From an uncultured Acidobacteriota bacterium (lineage in GTDB: Bacteria; Acidobacteriota; UBA6911; CAINFC01): DNA of 16,274 bases. The stretch is taken from assembly GCA_964617125.1 (NCBI GenBank), contig CAZTVS010000108.1, positions 1 through 16,274 of the forward strand, read 5' to 3'. Below the pieces are notes generated by a model. That model made no database searches and had not been told where the DNA came from. It saw only the letters and a program-made list of their open reading frames with translations. Position 1 is the stretch's first letter; each line of letters starts with the position of its first letter. A program made the translations under genes and the position numbers. Below are positions 1-10,100 of this stretch, piece by piece.

Positions 1-195
1 CAAACGAGACAGACAATCTAACAAACTTAAAACCAATCTGTCAACAAAAAAAATCTACCGACTTCTTTCTCCAGCAGGCAGTTGAAAAAACTCTCCTGCC
101 TGAAAGGGAGTCAGTTTCTAACACGACAGATCTGAACTGTCAACGGAAATACGATTGAAAAAAATTTATTTACCTCTACACCCGATGCGGGCCCG

Positions 196-1680
196 TCAGT
201 AGATCTCGAAAAAACGCCCCGTTCCGAGTTTGTGAACCTTCATCAGGTTTGTGGAGCCACGAGCCTCAATGGGCATGCCCATAATTATGACAATAATGTC
301 TCCTCTGTGGTACCCGGATGAAAGCAGAATATTCTCCACAGTCCTGATCGCCTCATCGAGTTCAAACATCACCGGAATCCTGGTCGCGGACACCCCCCAA
401 TTGAGAGAGAGCCTGCTCTGGATCTCCCTGGATGTCGTAAACGCACGTATCGGTATGTTGGGGCGAAAACGGGAAATGAGCGTCGCCGTACTCCCGGTCT
501 GCGTAAAAACCGCAATTGCCTTGGCAGCCAGAGTCGAAGCAGCACGACAGGCCGATTCGGCAACGGCCAGTGATATGCCGGCGGCCGGAATTACCCGTTC
601 TTCCACCCCTATCCTGGCGTGATTCCTTTCCACATCTCGTGCTATCCGGTCCATCATTCTGACCGATTCGACCGGATAATCACCGGTTGCAGTCTCGGCC
701 GACAGCATGACCGCATCTGTACCGTCAATTATGGCATTGGCCACATCGGAGGTTTCCGCGCGGGTGGGCCGGGGATTACGGACCATTGATTCCAGCATCT
801 GGGTCGCAGTAATCACCGGTTTTCCGGCCTCGTTGCAGGCGGATATGATTTTTTTCTGATAAAAAGGTACTTTCTCGGCTTTTACCTCGACACCGAGGTC
901 GCCTCGCGCAACCATGACCGCGTCCGCCGATAAGAGGATTTTCTTGAAGTTCCTGAGGGCCTCGGGCTTCTCAATCTTGGCGACAACCGGAGTATTCTTC
1001 CCCTTCGAGTAAATGGTCCGCTTCAGACGATCCACATCTTCCGCGGTCCGCACGAAGGAAAGGGCAACATAGTCAACACCCGCCTCAAGGGCGCTGTCAA
1101 GATCCCTCAGGTCCTTGTCGGTCAGTGATGGTTCGGACACGACCGTGCCGGGCAGGTTGATTCCCTTGCTGTTCTTCAGCACACCTCCGGACACGACATG
1201 GCATCGCACACTGTTTTGTTCGACTGAGACAACCCGCAGTTCCATCAACCCGTCATCCAGAAGAATCCTCGAACCGTTCCGCACGTCACCGGGAAGCGAC
1301 GCGTAGGTTGTGGGTATAACCCCCCGCTCTCCCGGGACATCAGCGGTGGTAATGATCACATCCTCTCCCCTGGTCAGGGACATGGCGCCGTTGGCCATGA
1401 TGCCGGTCCTTATTTTAGGCCCCTGCAGATCGGCAAGAATGCCGGCATGCCTGCCCATCTTTTCGGAAACCGCACGGATTGAACGGATGATCTGCTGCTT
1501 TGAGGTTGCATCGCCATGGGAATAATTCAAGCGGAATACATCCACGCCCGCATTCATGAGTTGGGTGATCATCTCAGGGGGCGATGAGACCGGGCCGAGT
1601 GTGGCGACTATTTTGGTTTTACGGTATGTCTTTGACAATGTCTGGACCCGTGATTGGTGCCGAAAGATTCCACCATCCAT
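196..1680 (-). CDS. pyk: Pyruvate kinase
   Basis: The 494-aa ORF has the canonical pyruvate-kinase N-terminus (KTKIVATLGP...FRLNYSHGD) and the K+/Mg2+/PEP-binding motifs MVARGDLGVE and TQMLESM. It is full length for the family. The true start may be the TTG about 42 nt downstream, which gives the typical M-SKTYRKTKIV start, because no good SD precedes the ATG at 1680. Confidence 0.9.
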   Translation of the reverse strand: MDGGIFRHQSRVQTLSKTYRKTKIVATLGPVSSPPEMITQLMNAGVDVFRLNYSHGDATSKQQIIRSIRAVSEKMGRHAGILADLQGPKIRTGIMANGAMSLTRGEDVIITTADVPGERGVIPTTYASLPGDVRNGSRILLDDGLMELRVVSVEQNSVRCHVVSGGVLKNSKGINLPGTVVSEPSLTDKDLRDLDSALEAGVDYVALSFVRTAEDVDRLKRTIYSKGKNTPVVAKIEKPEALRNFKKILLSADAVMVARGDLGVEVKAEKVPFYQKKIISACNEAGKPVITATQMLESMVRNPRPTRAETSDVANAIIDGTDAVMLSAETATGDYPVESVRMMDRIARDVERNHARIGVEERVIPAAGISLAVAESACRAASTLAAKAIAVFTQTGSTATLISRFRPNIPIRAFTTSREIQSRLSLNWGVSATRIPVMFELDEAIRTVENILLSSGYHRGDIIVIIMGMPIEARGSTNLMKVHKLGTGRFFEIY

Positions 1681-1838
1681 TGGACATCAGCGGCAACTTT
1701 CTCCATGCTTGCCGGAAAGAAAGGTCGCTAAAATCATAGCGCACCGTTGAGCAGATGCAACTCAAACAAACAAGGTACGGCTATGCCATAAATAATTCGG
1801 GCATTCAGGCGCCGCAGCTTCAACCATCCGGCAAAAAG

Positions 1839-3464
1839 TCAGTAGAGCTGTTCGGACTTGGGCACATACCATCTGATCAGGTTGTGGGATATTCCGGCGG
1901 GAGCCGGCTCAACACCCCGAACACGGGCACTTACCACCGGCAAGGCGTCGGGAACGTACAGGAAGGTATAGGGCTGCTCATCGGCAAGTATTTCCTGAAT
2001 GCGATAGTAGGCACGCTTGCGTTTTTTGATGTCAAAGGTACTCCGCCCCTCCACAAGCAACCGATCAACCTCGTCATTCTTGAAACCGATGAAATTCAGT
2101 TCGCCCGGCTTGGTCTTGCTGGAATGCCAGACGTCAAACATGTCAGGGTCGAGAGATGTGGTCCATCCAAGTAACACCACATCAAAATTGCCCTTGTCAA
2201 CGAACTCCTTCAGAAATGCGGCCCATTCCACGACACGGATCTTGACATCAACACCCACGTATCTGAGACGTTGCTGGATGATCTGCGCCGTCAGGAGACG
2301 CTGCTGGTTACCCTGGTTGGTCAGGATGGTGAAGGAAAAGGGTCTCCCCCCCTTAACCAGAATCCCCTCACCGTTTCTCTCCCTCCATCCGGCCCGGGCC
2401 AGCAACTGCATGGCGCGTCTTGGATCGTATGGAATGTCTTTGATTTTCGGGTTGAACGCCCAGCGGCCCGGGGGAATGGGCCCATAGGCCTTGCACCCCA
2501 TTCCGAACAGCACGCCGTGAATCAGTTCATCCTTGTTGATGGCGGCAGTGATCGCCTGACGGACTAATTTCTCTTTGAACAGCGGATGCCGGAGATTGTA
2601 CCCCATGTAGACATAGCTTGAAGATGAGTAGCGATATTTATTGAATCGCGCGGCAAACTGCCGGGAGATCGTCTGGCGCATGTACTGGACCGGGGTCAGG
2701 TTCATCAGATCGATCGAGCCGGCCTTGAGCTCCATGTACATGGTTGATAGATCAGGGATAATTCTGTAGACGTAGCGCGCTATGTAGGGGCGCCCCTCGA
2801 AATAATCGGGATTCGCCTCCAGCACGATCTTCTGCATGGGAACCCACTCCCTGAACCGGTAGGGGCCCGTCCCCACCGGTTTCCGGGCCAGAGGGCTCTT
2901 GGTAATGTCCTTCCCTTCCAGCAGGTGAGCCGGTAGAATACTCGTTCCCCAGGAGGCCAGGGCCGGCGCGAAGGGCCTGGCATAGGTCACGATGACGGTG
3001 TGGTCGTCGGGAGCGGACACTCCCTTGACCTGCTTGAAATCCTCGGAATAGGCGGTGGGAGTTCCGGGATCGATGACGACTCTGTAGGTATACAACACAT
3101 CGCGGGACGTAAACGGAGCGCCGTCGTGCCATTTCACCCCCCGGCGCAGTTTGAAGGTTATTTTGAGCCCGTCGGGGGAAACGGAAAAAGATTCAGCCAG
3201 ATCGCAGACCAGCTTCAGGTTCTTGTCGTATTTGACCAGACCGTTATAGATGAGTGACGACACCTCATGGGAGGATGCATCGGTGGCAAGAATGGGAATC
3301 AGGGTGGACGCCTCACCGATCGTACCTTCCACGATGGAATCGCCGTAAACCGGCTTTTCTCTCTTATCGACGGGACGGGAAACCGGCGAAGAGTTCCGGC
3401 TGCACGCGGCAACCAGCAGAAAGGCGACGAGCAGCAGAGGCATGAACCAGTAATGACGGTTCAT
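1839..3464 (-). CDS. Solute-binding lipoprotein of ABC transporter family 5 (OppA/DppA/NikA-like)
   Basis: The 541-aa ORF starts with a signal peptide and lipobox (LLVAAC). Its length and conserved blocks (KWHDGAPFTSRDV, NPDYFEGRP) are typical of cluster-C/family-5 periplasmic binding proteins. Its start overlaps the stop of the upstream TPR gene (ATGA). Confidence 0.85.
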   Translation of the reverse strand: MNRHYWFMPLLLVAFLLVAACSRNSSPVSRPVDKREKPVYGDSIVEGTIGEASTLIPILATDASSHEVSSLIYNGLVKYDKNLKLVCDLAESFSVSPDGLKITFKLRRGVKWHDGAPFTSRDVLYTYRVVIDPGTPTAYSEDFKQVKGVSAPDDHTVIVTYARPFAPALASWGTSILPAHLLEGKDITKSPLARKPVGTGPYRFREWVPMQKIVLEANPDYFEGRPYIARYVYRIIPDLSTMYMELKAGSIDLMNLTPVQYMRQTISRQFAARFNKYRYSSSSYVYMGYNLRHPLFKEKLVRQAITAAINKDELIHGVLFGMGCKAYGPIPPGRWAFNPKIKDIPYDPRRAMQLLARAGWRERNGEGILVKGGRPFSFTILTNQGNQQRLLTAQIIQQRLRYVGVDVKIRVVEWAAFLKEFVDKGNFDVVLLGWTTSLDPDMFDVWHSSKTKPGELNFIGFKNDEVDRLLVEGRSTFDIKKRKRAYYRIQEILADEQPYTFLYVPDALPVVSARVRGVEPAPAGISHNLIRWYVPKSEQLY

Positions 3465-5155
3465 CGCTCACCCTGCTCCCCTTTGAGTCTGCGGACCTTG
3501 TCGGCCAGTTCCTTGCGTTCTGGTTCCAGTTCCAGCGCTTTTTTATAGACCCTGAGCGCTTTCTTGTTCTCACGCCGGGCAACATAGGCGTCTCCGAGAT
3601 GTTCGAGGATGGTGGAATCATCCTCCGCGAGCCGGGTGGCCTCCTCGAGGTTACTGACTGCCTCGTCAAACCGTTTCATCTTGAAGTACACCCATCCCAG
3701 GCTGTCCAGAATGAAACCGTCATCGGGTCGGATTTCAACGGCCAGTTTGAGGTATTTCAGCGCTTCGTCCAGGTTGATTCCCATCTCCGCATACGAATAC
3801 CCGAGATAGTTCAGCGCCTGGGCATCCCTTGGATTGATGCTCAGCACCTTTTTCATCCGTTCTATGGATGCCTGCCTCTTCCCGAGCGTATCATACAGCA
3901 CGCCGATACGAAAATGCAGGCGCGGTTCATCCGCAAAACGCTTCTCTGAGGCGAGAAGCAGTTCCAGGGCGGTCCCCGCCTTGCCGGCAGCTTCATAAAC
4001 CGTGGAGAGATTGAGGTAAAGCTCAATCTGATCGGGATTTGCGGCAATGGCATTTTTCAGAACATCGATGGCCTCGTCGTTCCTGCCCTTTTCCGAAAGA
4101 ACAAAGGCAATGTGGCCGATCGCATCGACATATACTGGGGAATCGGCGGGAATCTTTCTGAATTCGGTGTAAGCCCGGTCCAGTTCGCCCTTCTCCTCAT
4201 ATGCAACCCCAAGATAGAGCCTGATTGGATGGGCAGTCGGGTCCTTCTCCAGCAGATTGGTAAAGACGGAGATCGCCTCATCGTACTGTTCCAGTTCAAG
4301 ATGAATCAGTCCGATCTTCCGCATGGTTTCCACGCCGTTCAGACCTGATTCCGCGGACTGGTTGAGGTATTCCAGGGCTTCTTCCAGCCTGCGCTGCTGT
4401 ATGAGCAGCTGGATGAGACGCTGCTGAACCGCAATTCGGCTCTCATCTTCCTCAAGAAGACGCTGGTAGATTTCTATGGCCCTGTCATACTCACCAAGCG
4501 CCTCATGGGATACCGCCATGTCGATGGAAGCCTGGGTAAACTCCGGCCTGAGTTCCACTGTTTTCCTGTAGTATCCAACGGCATCACGGAAAAGCTTCAT
4601 CTGGCTGTAAGTCCGGCCGAGATAGTAATATCCCAGGACGGATTCGGGGTTAAGTTTCACCAGATCCTTGAGCGTATTGACCGCATCCTCGTACTCGAAC
4701 AGGCGGGTCAGTGAAACGGATAGATGCAGATATGCATCCTCCTTGCTGGGGTCAAGTTTTATCGCTGTACGGAGATACCCCACAGCCTCGCTGTCCTTGC
4801 CGGACGAGGCCATGATGACACCTGCCATGACGTACGGCTCGCGGTAGGCGGGATCGAGCTTGATCGCCCGGTTGACGTACTCCAGACCCTCCTGAACCTG
4901 CCCGATTTTGATCTTGTTCTCAGCCATGGCCGTATAGAGAAAAGCCGAGGACGGGTCCAGGTCAATGGCTTCCCTCAGATTGCTCAGGGCACCGACGAAG
5001 TCGCCTTCAATACTGGAAAGACGCGCACGGGAGTACAGGTAGAGCGCACGGGAACGCGCATCATGAATCTGGGGATAGGTGGAGGCATGGTCACCGACGG
5101 TGGCGCATGATGCAAGCGCCGCGGCGCACAGGAGCATGCTCAAAATAAATTTCAT
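3461..5155 (-). CDS. Tetratricopeptide-repeat (TPR) lipoprotein
   Basis: The 564-aa ORF has an N-terminal signal peptide with lipobox (ALASC). Roughly 12 or more 34-residue TPR units are visible, with recurring A..Y....G.Y.EA...Y..AL.L.P motifs. It is translationally coupled to the downstream SBP gene. Confidence 0.85.
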   Translation of the reverse strand: MKFILSMLLCAAALASCATVGDHASTYPQIHDARSRALYLYSRARLSSIEGDFVGALSNLREAIDLDPSSAFLYTAMAENKIKIGQVQEGLEYVNRAIKLDPAYREPYVMAGVIMASSGKDSEAVGYLRTAIKLDPSKEDAYLHLSVSLTRLFEYEDAVNTLKDLVKLNPESVLGYYYLGRTYSQMKLFRDAVGYYRKTVELRPEFTQASIDMAVSHEALGEYDRAIEIYQRLLEEDESRIAVQQRLIQLLIQQRRLEEALEYLNQSAESGLNGVETMRKIGLIHLELEQYDEAISVFTNLLEKDPTAHPIRLYLGVAYEEKGELDRAYTEFRKIPADSPVYVDAIGHIAFVLSEKGRNDEAIDVLKNAIAANPDQIELYLNLSTVYEAAGKAGTALELLLASEKRFADEPRLHFRIGVLYDTLGKRQASIERMKKVLSINPRDAQALNYLGYSYAEMGINLDEALKYLKLAVEIRPDDGFILDSLGWVYFKMKRFDEAVSNLEEATRLAEDDSTILEHLGDAYVARRENKKALRVYKKALELEPERKELADKVRRLKGEQGER

Positions 5156-5244
5156 TGTAAAATAGGTCCGTTTCTTTAAAAATTGTAAAAAAAACTAGCA
5201 TGAATCCATACATGCGTCAAATGAATATCAATGACTCCAACACC

Positions 5245-5273
5245 TTGCTACGGAGGCGGTTTGATGTTAATCT
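5245..5273 (+). promoter_or_regulatory. Candidate sigma70-type promoter for the 5295-11236 operon
   Basis: TTGCTA (5245-5250), a 17-nt spacer, then TAATCT (5268-5273) with an upstream TG, about 20 nt before the ATG at 5295. It lies in an AT-rich divergent intergenic region. This is motif-level evidence only. Confidence 0.3.
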
Positions 5274-5294
5274 TTAGAGCAATAATGGGGCTCC

Positions 5295-6857
5295 ATGATG
5301 ATACGAAGCGCTCTAAAATCACTGCTGAAACCGGAAGCATATCCTGAGCCTACCACCAGGGTCGACCTGGTGCAAACTCATGTCTCATGGATATTTCTCA
5401 CCGACACCCATGCCTACAAGATCAAGAAACCGGTTGATTTCGGTTTTCTCAATTTTTCAAGTATAGATCGACGTAGATTCTATTGCAACGAAGAGGTAAA
5501 GTACAATAGGCGTCTTTGCCCCGACATGTACGTGGGAGTCGTGGAACTGCGCAAGACTCCCACGGGCGCCGGTTTTCTGGGAACCGGCCAGATAATAGAC
5601 TATGCGGTCAAAATGAAACGGCTTCCGGCGGAGGGAATGCTTGACCGTCTCATCGGAAACAACGCCGTGTCGGCAGCGGAGCTTCGGGCAGTTGCCCGGA
5701 TGATCGCCGATTTTCACCAGACAGCTCCGACATCGCCCGCCATCTCAGAGTACGGGGGCGTTGACCGCATCCTCCGCATTTGGACTGAAAACTTAGAACT
5801 GACTGTTCCCTTTGAGAGCAGCACCCTTCCGGCGACAGAACGGGAATTGATCAGGGAATGGGTATTCTCGTTCACGGAACGTAATGCCGGCCTGTTTGAA
5901 AGGAGAATCCGGAACGGTTTCATCCGTGAATGCGATGGCGATATCCACCTGGAGAACATCTGCCTGGTCAACGGCGCAATCTACATATTTGATTGCATAG
6001 AGTTCAGCGACCGCTTCCGCTGCTGCGATACCGCCTCGGATCTCGCATTCCTGCTCATGGACCTGGATTTTCACGGTCGCCGTGACCTGACCACGGAAGC
6101 CATGGCAGCCTATCTTGACTCTTCGGGCGATGAGGAGATGTTCGCCCTGCTGGATTTCTATAAGATCTACCGAGCCTTTGTGCGTGGAAAAGTTGAAAGC
6201 CTGAAGGCGATGGACATCGGCATCGACCAGCAGGCCCGCGCTGCGGCCACCCAGAAAGCCGTCAGGTATTTCAGGCTGGCGCGTGGTTATATCGAGCGGA
6301 CCAGGCTTCCGACCACCCTTTTCATAACATGCGGCCTGACGGGCTCCGGGAAAAGCACTCTTGCCGACCAACTCTCCTTCGAACTGGGAATCCCCGCTTT
6401 CAATTCCGATATCATCCGCAAACAGATGGCGGGGATCTCCCCTTTAACGCCGGCCCCTGCCGCTTTCGGTGAGGGAATTTACTCCCCGCAGGCCAATGAA
6501 CAGACCTACGACGAACTTCTGAGACTGGCTGAGCAGGAGATTTCGGCGAGCCGCTCGGTCATAATCGACGCCTGCTTCATCCGCAAAGCCGACCGCGCCA
6601 GGTTCGCGGCAGCGGCGCAGCGCTACGGAGCGCGTTTCGTAATCATGCATGTCTCGTGCAGTGAGGCGATCAACCGGCGCAGACTCAGCGCCCGCTCTGC
6701 GTCGGGCCGATCCGTATCGGACGGCAGGGCGGAAATATTCGGCGTTCAACGCCAGATGTTCGAACCACCGGAAACGGAAGAAGGCCGGATCATACCGGTC
6801 CGTACCGTAACGGCGCCATCAAGGCTTACCAGCATGGTATACGAAAGGCTGGCCTGA
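5295..6857 (+). CDS. Bifunctional kinase: N-terminal aminoglycoside-phosphotransferase-like (APH/protein-kinase-like fold) domain fused to a C-terminal P-loop kinase (AAA_33-like) domain
   Basis: The 520-aa ORF has an APH-type catalytic loop (CDGDIHLENI) and downstream IFDCIEFSDRF...DLAFLLMDLD in the N-terminal half. The C-terminal half has a Walker A motif (GLTGSGKST). The stop at 6857 lies 1 nt before the next ATG. Confidence 0.75.
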   Translation: MMIRSALKSLLKPEAYPEPTTRVDLVQTHVSWIFLTDTHAYKIKKPVDFGFLNFSSIDRRRFYCNEEVKYNRRLCPDMYVGVVELRKTPTGAGFLGTGQIIDYAVKMKRLPAEGMLDRLIGNNAVSAAELRAVARMIADFHQTAPTSPAISEYGGVDRILRIWTENLELTVPFESSTLPATERELIREWVFSFTERNAGLFERRIRNGFIRECDGDIHLENICLVNGAIYIFDCIEFSDRFRCCDTASDLAFLLMDLDFHGRRDLTTEAMAAYLDSSGDEEMFALLDFYKIYRAFVRGKVESLKAMDIGIDQQARAAATQKAVRYFRLARGYIERTRLPTTLFITCGLTGSGKSTLADQLSFELGIPAFNSDIIRKQMAGISPLTPAPAAFGEGIYSPQANEQTYDELLRLAEQEISASRSVIIDACFIRKADRARFAAAAQRYGARFVIMHVSCSEAINRRRLSARSASGRSVSDGRAEIFGVQRQMFEPPETEEGRIIPVRTVTAPSRLTSMVYERLA

Positions 6858-6858
6858 T

Positions 6859-7116
6859 ATGCTGAAGCGACTGCGCCTGATGCTGCTGCATCGTCTGCAA
6901 TTGCGGGAATCATGGATTATCTTCTTCATACTGGGTCTTATCCTGATCAATTTTCCCTTTCTCGGTATCTTCAATAAATCCGAAACGATCCTGGGCATTC
7001 CGCTCCTTTTCCTGTACCTTTTCGTCGGCTGGGGAACATCCATATCCGTGATCTACCTTTTTACCCTGGCTTCCGGCAGCACGGACGCAGCTTCCACGGA
7101 GAAACATCAGCCGTGA
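6859..7116 (+). CDS. Small two-helix membrane protein, DUF4212-like putative small subunit of a sodium:solute symporter
   Basis: The 85-aa ORF has two hydrophobic helices (IIFFILGLILINFPFLGIF and LLFLYLFVGWGTSISVIYLF). It lies immediately upstream of the SSS-domain gene and is translationally coupled to it through a GTGA overlap. This is the usual arrangement for small subunits of SSS transporters. Confidence 0.55.
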   Translation: MLKRLRLMLLHRLQLRESWIIFFILGLILINFPFLGIFNKSETILGIPLLFLYLFVGWGTSISVIYLFTLASGSTDAASTEKHQP

Positions 7117-10100
7117 CCAACGGCCTTATCCAGACCTCGCTGATTACCATGCTCTATACCCTGCTGATCTTCCTGATCGCCTGGTATGCCCATTACCGCA
7201 AAGAAAACGGCCGGAGTATGGTCGCCAATCCGTACATCTATACCCTCTCCATCGCGGTCTACTGCACGGCCTGGACGTTCTACGGCAGTGTCGGCAAGGC
7301 GGCGACAACCGGAATCGATTATCTCCCGATCTATCTGGGTCCTTCCCTCACGGCATTCGCATGGATATTCCTGCTGCGACGCATGATAAGGATCAGCAAA
7401 GAGAACAACGTAACATCCATTGCCGACTTCATCAGCCTGCGCTACGGCAAGTCTCCCTGGCTGGGAGCGCTCGTAACCGTTCTGGCGATTCTGGGCATCA
7501 TGCCCTACATCGCCCTTCAGATCAAAGCGGTGTCCACCAGCTTCCATCTCTTGAGCGGAAACGTTTTTCCGCCTGATTCGATCCCGTTTTCACGCGCCGC
7601 GTACGGCGCCTCGCTCCCTAGCGGCCTCCTCCTTTCCCTGATCCTGTCGCTGTTCGCCGCCATCTTCGGAGCCCGCAGGCTGGTTTCTTCCGAACGTCAC
7701 GAGGGACTCATCGCGGCGATCGCGCTGGAATCCGTGGTGAAACTGGTGTGCCTGCTGGGTGTGGGTATTTTTGTCACGTACTGCCTTAACGACGGATTTG
7801 TTGACATTTTCATGAAGTTTCGACAGTTTAACCCCGTTGACTTCAACCGACTGATGACCATCGGCGCGAGCCGGTTCCCCGGTGACACGGTTCCCCCATT
7901 CACCATGCTGTTCATGTCCATGGGGGCAATAATGCTCTACCCCCGCCAGTTCCACGTCATGGTGATCGAAAACTCCACAGAACGCCATATAGAAAGGGCC
8001 ATGTGGCTCTTTCCGCTCTATCTCTTCCTGATCAACCTTTTCATCATTCCCATTGCCCTGAGCGGCATAATGATCACCGGCACTGCCGATAATGCCGATT
8101 TCTTCGTCCTGAACATTCCGCTCCTGACCGGGCATCGCACCATCGCGACATTGGCGTATCTGGGCGGACTCGCCGCGTCGGCAGGCATGGTCGTGGTTGA
8201 ATCCATCACCATATCCACCATGCTTCTCAACTACATCTTCATGCCGGTCATAGTGCGGCTGAAGCCGCGCAGCTGGTTCCCCCATCTGCTGATCAACCTC
8301 AAACGGTTCGGCATCTTTCTGGTCATCTTCCTGGGATACCTCTACTACCTCTTTGCCGGCAACGCCTTCACCCTCTTCAAACTGGGAATGTTTTCCTTCT
8401 CGGCCATAATCCAGTTCATGCCGGCCGTGCTGGGGGGGGTCTACTGGAAACGCGCCAATCGTACGGGAGCGATCATCGGCATTCTCTCCGGCCTGATCAC
8501 ATGGCTGTACACACTCTTTCTGCCGTCTCTGGGAAACGTCCGCGGGATTCGGTTGGACGCCCTCAACAACGGCCCCTTCAATATATCCCTTCTCAAACCC
8601 ACCGCTCTCTTCGGCCTTACCGGCATGGACCCGTGGAGCCACTGCCTGTTCTGGAGCATGCTTTTCAACATCGGCGGTTATATCGCGTTTTCGATTCTGC
8701 TGACTCAGGATGAGCAGGAGAGGAACCATGTCAGAAAGTTCATCGGCACTTTCGAGACGGAACGTCGCAAGCGCCTCCATGGAGAGACGAGTCGGCTTTC
8801 CAAACCCGTTACCATAACCCAGTTCACCTCCCTGCTGGCAAAATTTATCGGGGACCAGGAAGCAGAGCATGCCATCAACGGCTATATCGGAAACCGGAGC
8901 ATCGACAAGGGCGGCCACATCTCCGAATTCGAGCTTCCGAACCTGAAGCGCTTCACGGAAAAAACCCTTGCCGGATCGGTTGGAGCGGCTGCCGCCGGCG
9001 CCATCGTGGACAGTTATCTGTCGGACATGGGCTCACGCATGGAACTGGTCTACGACATCTTCAGCAACGTGAGGAGTTCCCTGGACCAGAGCCGTGAGGC
9101 CCTGTTTGTCCGCCTCAAGGCCTCGGAGATCATCAATCGCACCCTGGATCTGCGCATCATCATGGATGACCTTCTCGAACTCCTCATGAGGGAATTCAAG
9201 CTCGATCTGGCAATGATCTTCCTCCGGGACAATCAGGGCAATCTCACACTGGCCAGCGCCAGAGACAGAGAAGATAACGCCGCGCCGGCGGGGCAGTGGC
9301 TGAATGAATGCAGGGATGTGTGCGAGATGGTGGCAAACAGAGGCAAATCGTACGTCATCAACGACACATCAACCGATATCCAGGCGGAAGCTTTCCGCTT
9401 TGACTTCCTGGCCAGGGCCGTGTCATACGCCTACATCCCCATTCTGCGGGAGGGAGAGAAATCTCCGGGGATTCTTGCCGTTTTCTCAAATGCAATCCCG
9501 GGCCTCTTTACTGAAGAATTCATCGGACTTCTGGAAAGCCTTGCCGGCCAGCTTGCGCAGGCCATCGCCATCACGCGCGAAATTGAGGCCAAGGAACGGG
9601 AGCGGACCCAGAAAGAGCATGCCCTCATGCAGAACGCCCGTATCAGGCGGGACATGGAGATAGCCCAGCAGATACAGCTCTCCCTTCTTCCGGCAGCACC
9701 GCCACAACTTTTCGGGGTGGAGCTTGAGGGACGCTGCATCTCCGCGGCCCATGTTGGAGGGGACTACTACGATTTTTTCCGGCGTGACGACAACACCGTC
9801 GATATTTTGATTGCGGATGTCTCGGGACACAGTGTGGGAGCGGCGCTAATCATGGCTGAGGCGCGGACCCTGCTCAAACCCCAGATCAACTCGTCCCACA
9901 GCGCTTGCGCCATCCTCAAGCTGCTGAACAACCAGCTTTACGACGACCTCACCCGGGCGGAACTGTTCATCACCATGTTCTACGCCCAATACAACTCCGC
10001 CACCGGACGTCTCTCCTACGCGAATGCAGGCCACAACCGCCCGCTCGTCTGTCGCGAGGGAGAGGGGGACTGCATCCAGCTGGATGCCGAAGGGCTCATA

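Noticed and set aside
150-195. Small cccg-cat-cggg hairpin and distal T-run after the pyk stop, as an intrinsic terminator
   Set aside because: The stem is only 4 bp and the T-tract is about 15 nt away, which is not a convincing rho-independent terminator.
5793-6371. 192-aa minus-strand ORF inside the APH/P-loop kinase gene
   Set aside because: It is antisense to a CDS with clear catalytic motifs and has no SD or homology-like features.
7590-8918. 442-aa ORF on the minus strand entirely inside the SSS-GAF-PP2C gene
   Set aside because: It is antisense to a CDS with strong, continuous domain signatures. Its translation is low-complexity (runs of G/E/D/R/Q/H) with no recognisable motifs, as expected for the shadow frame of a GC-rich gene.
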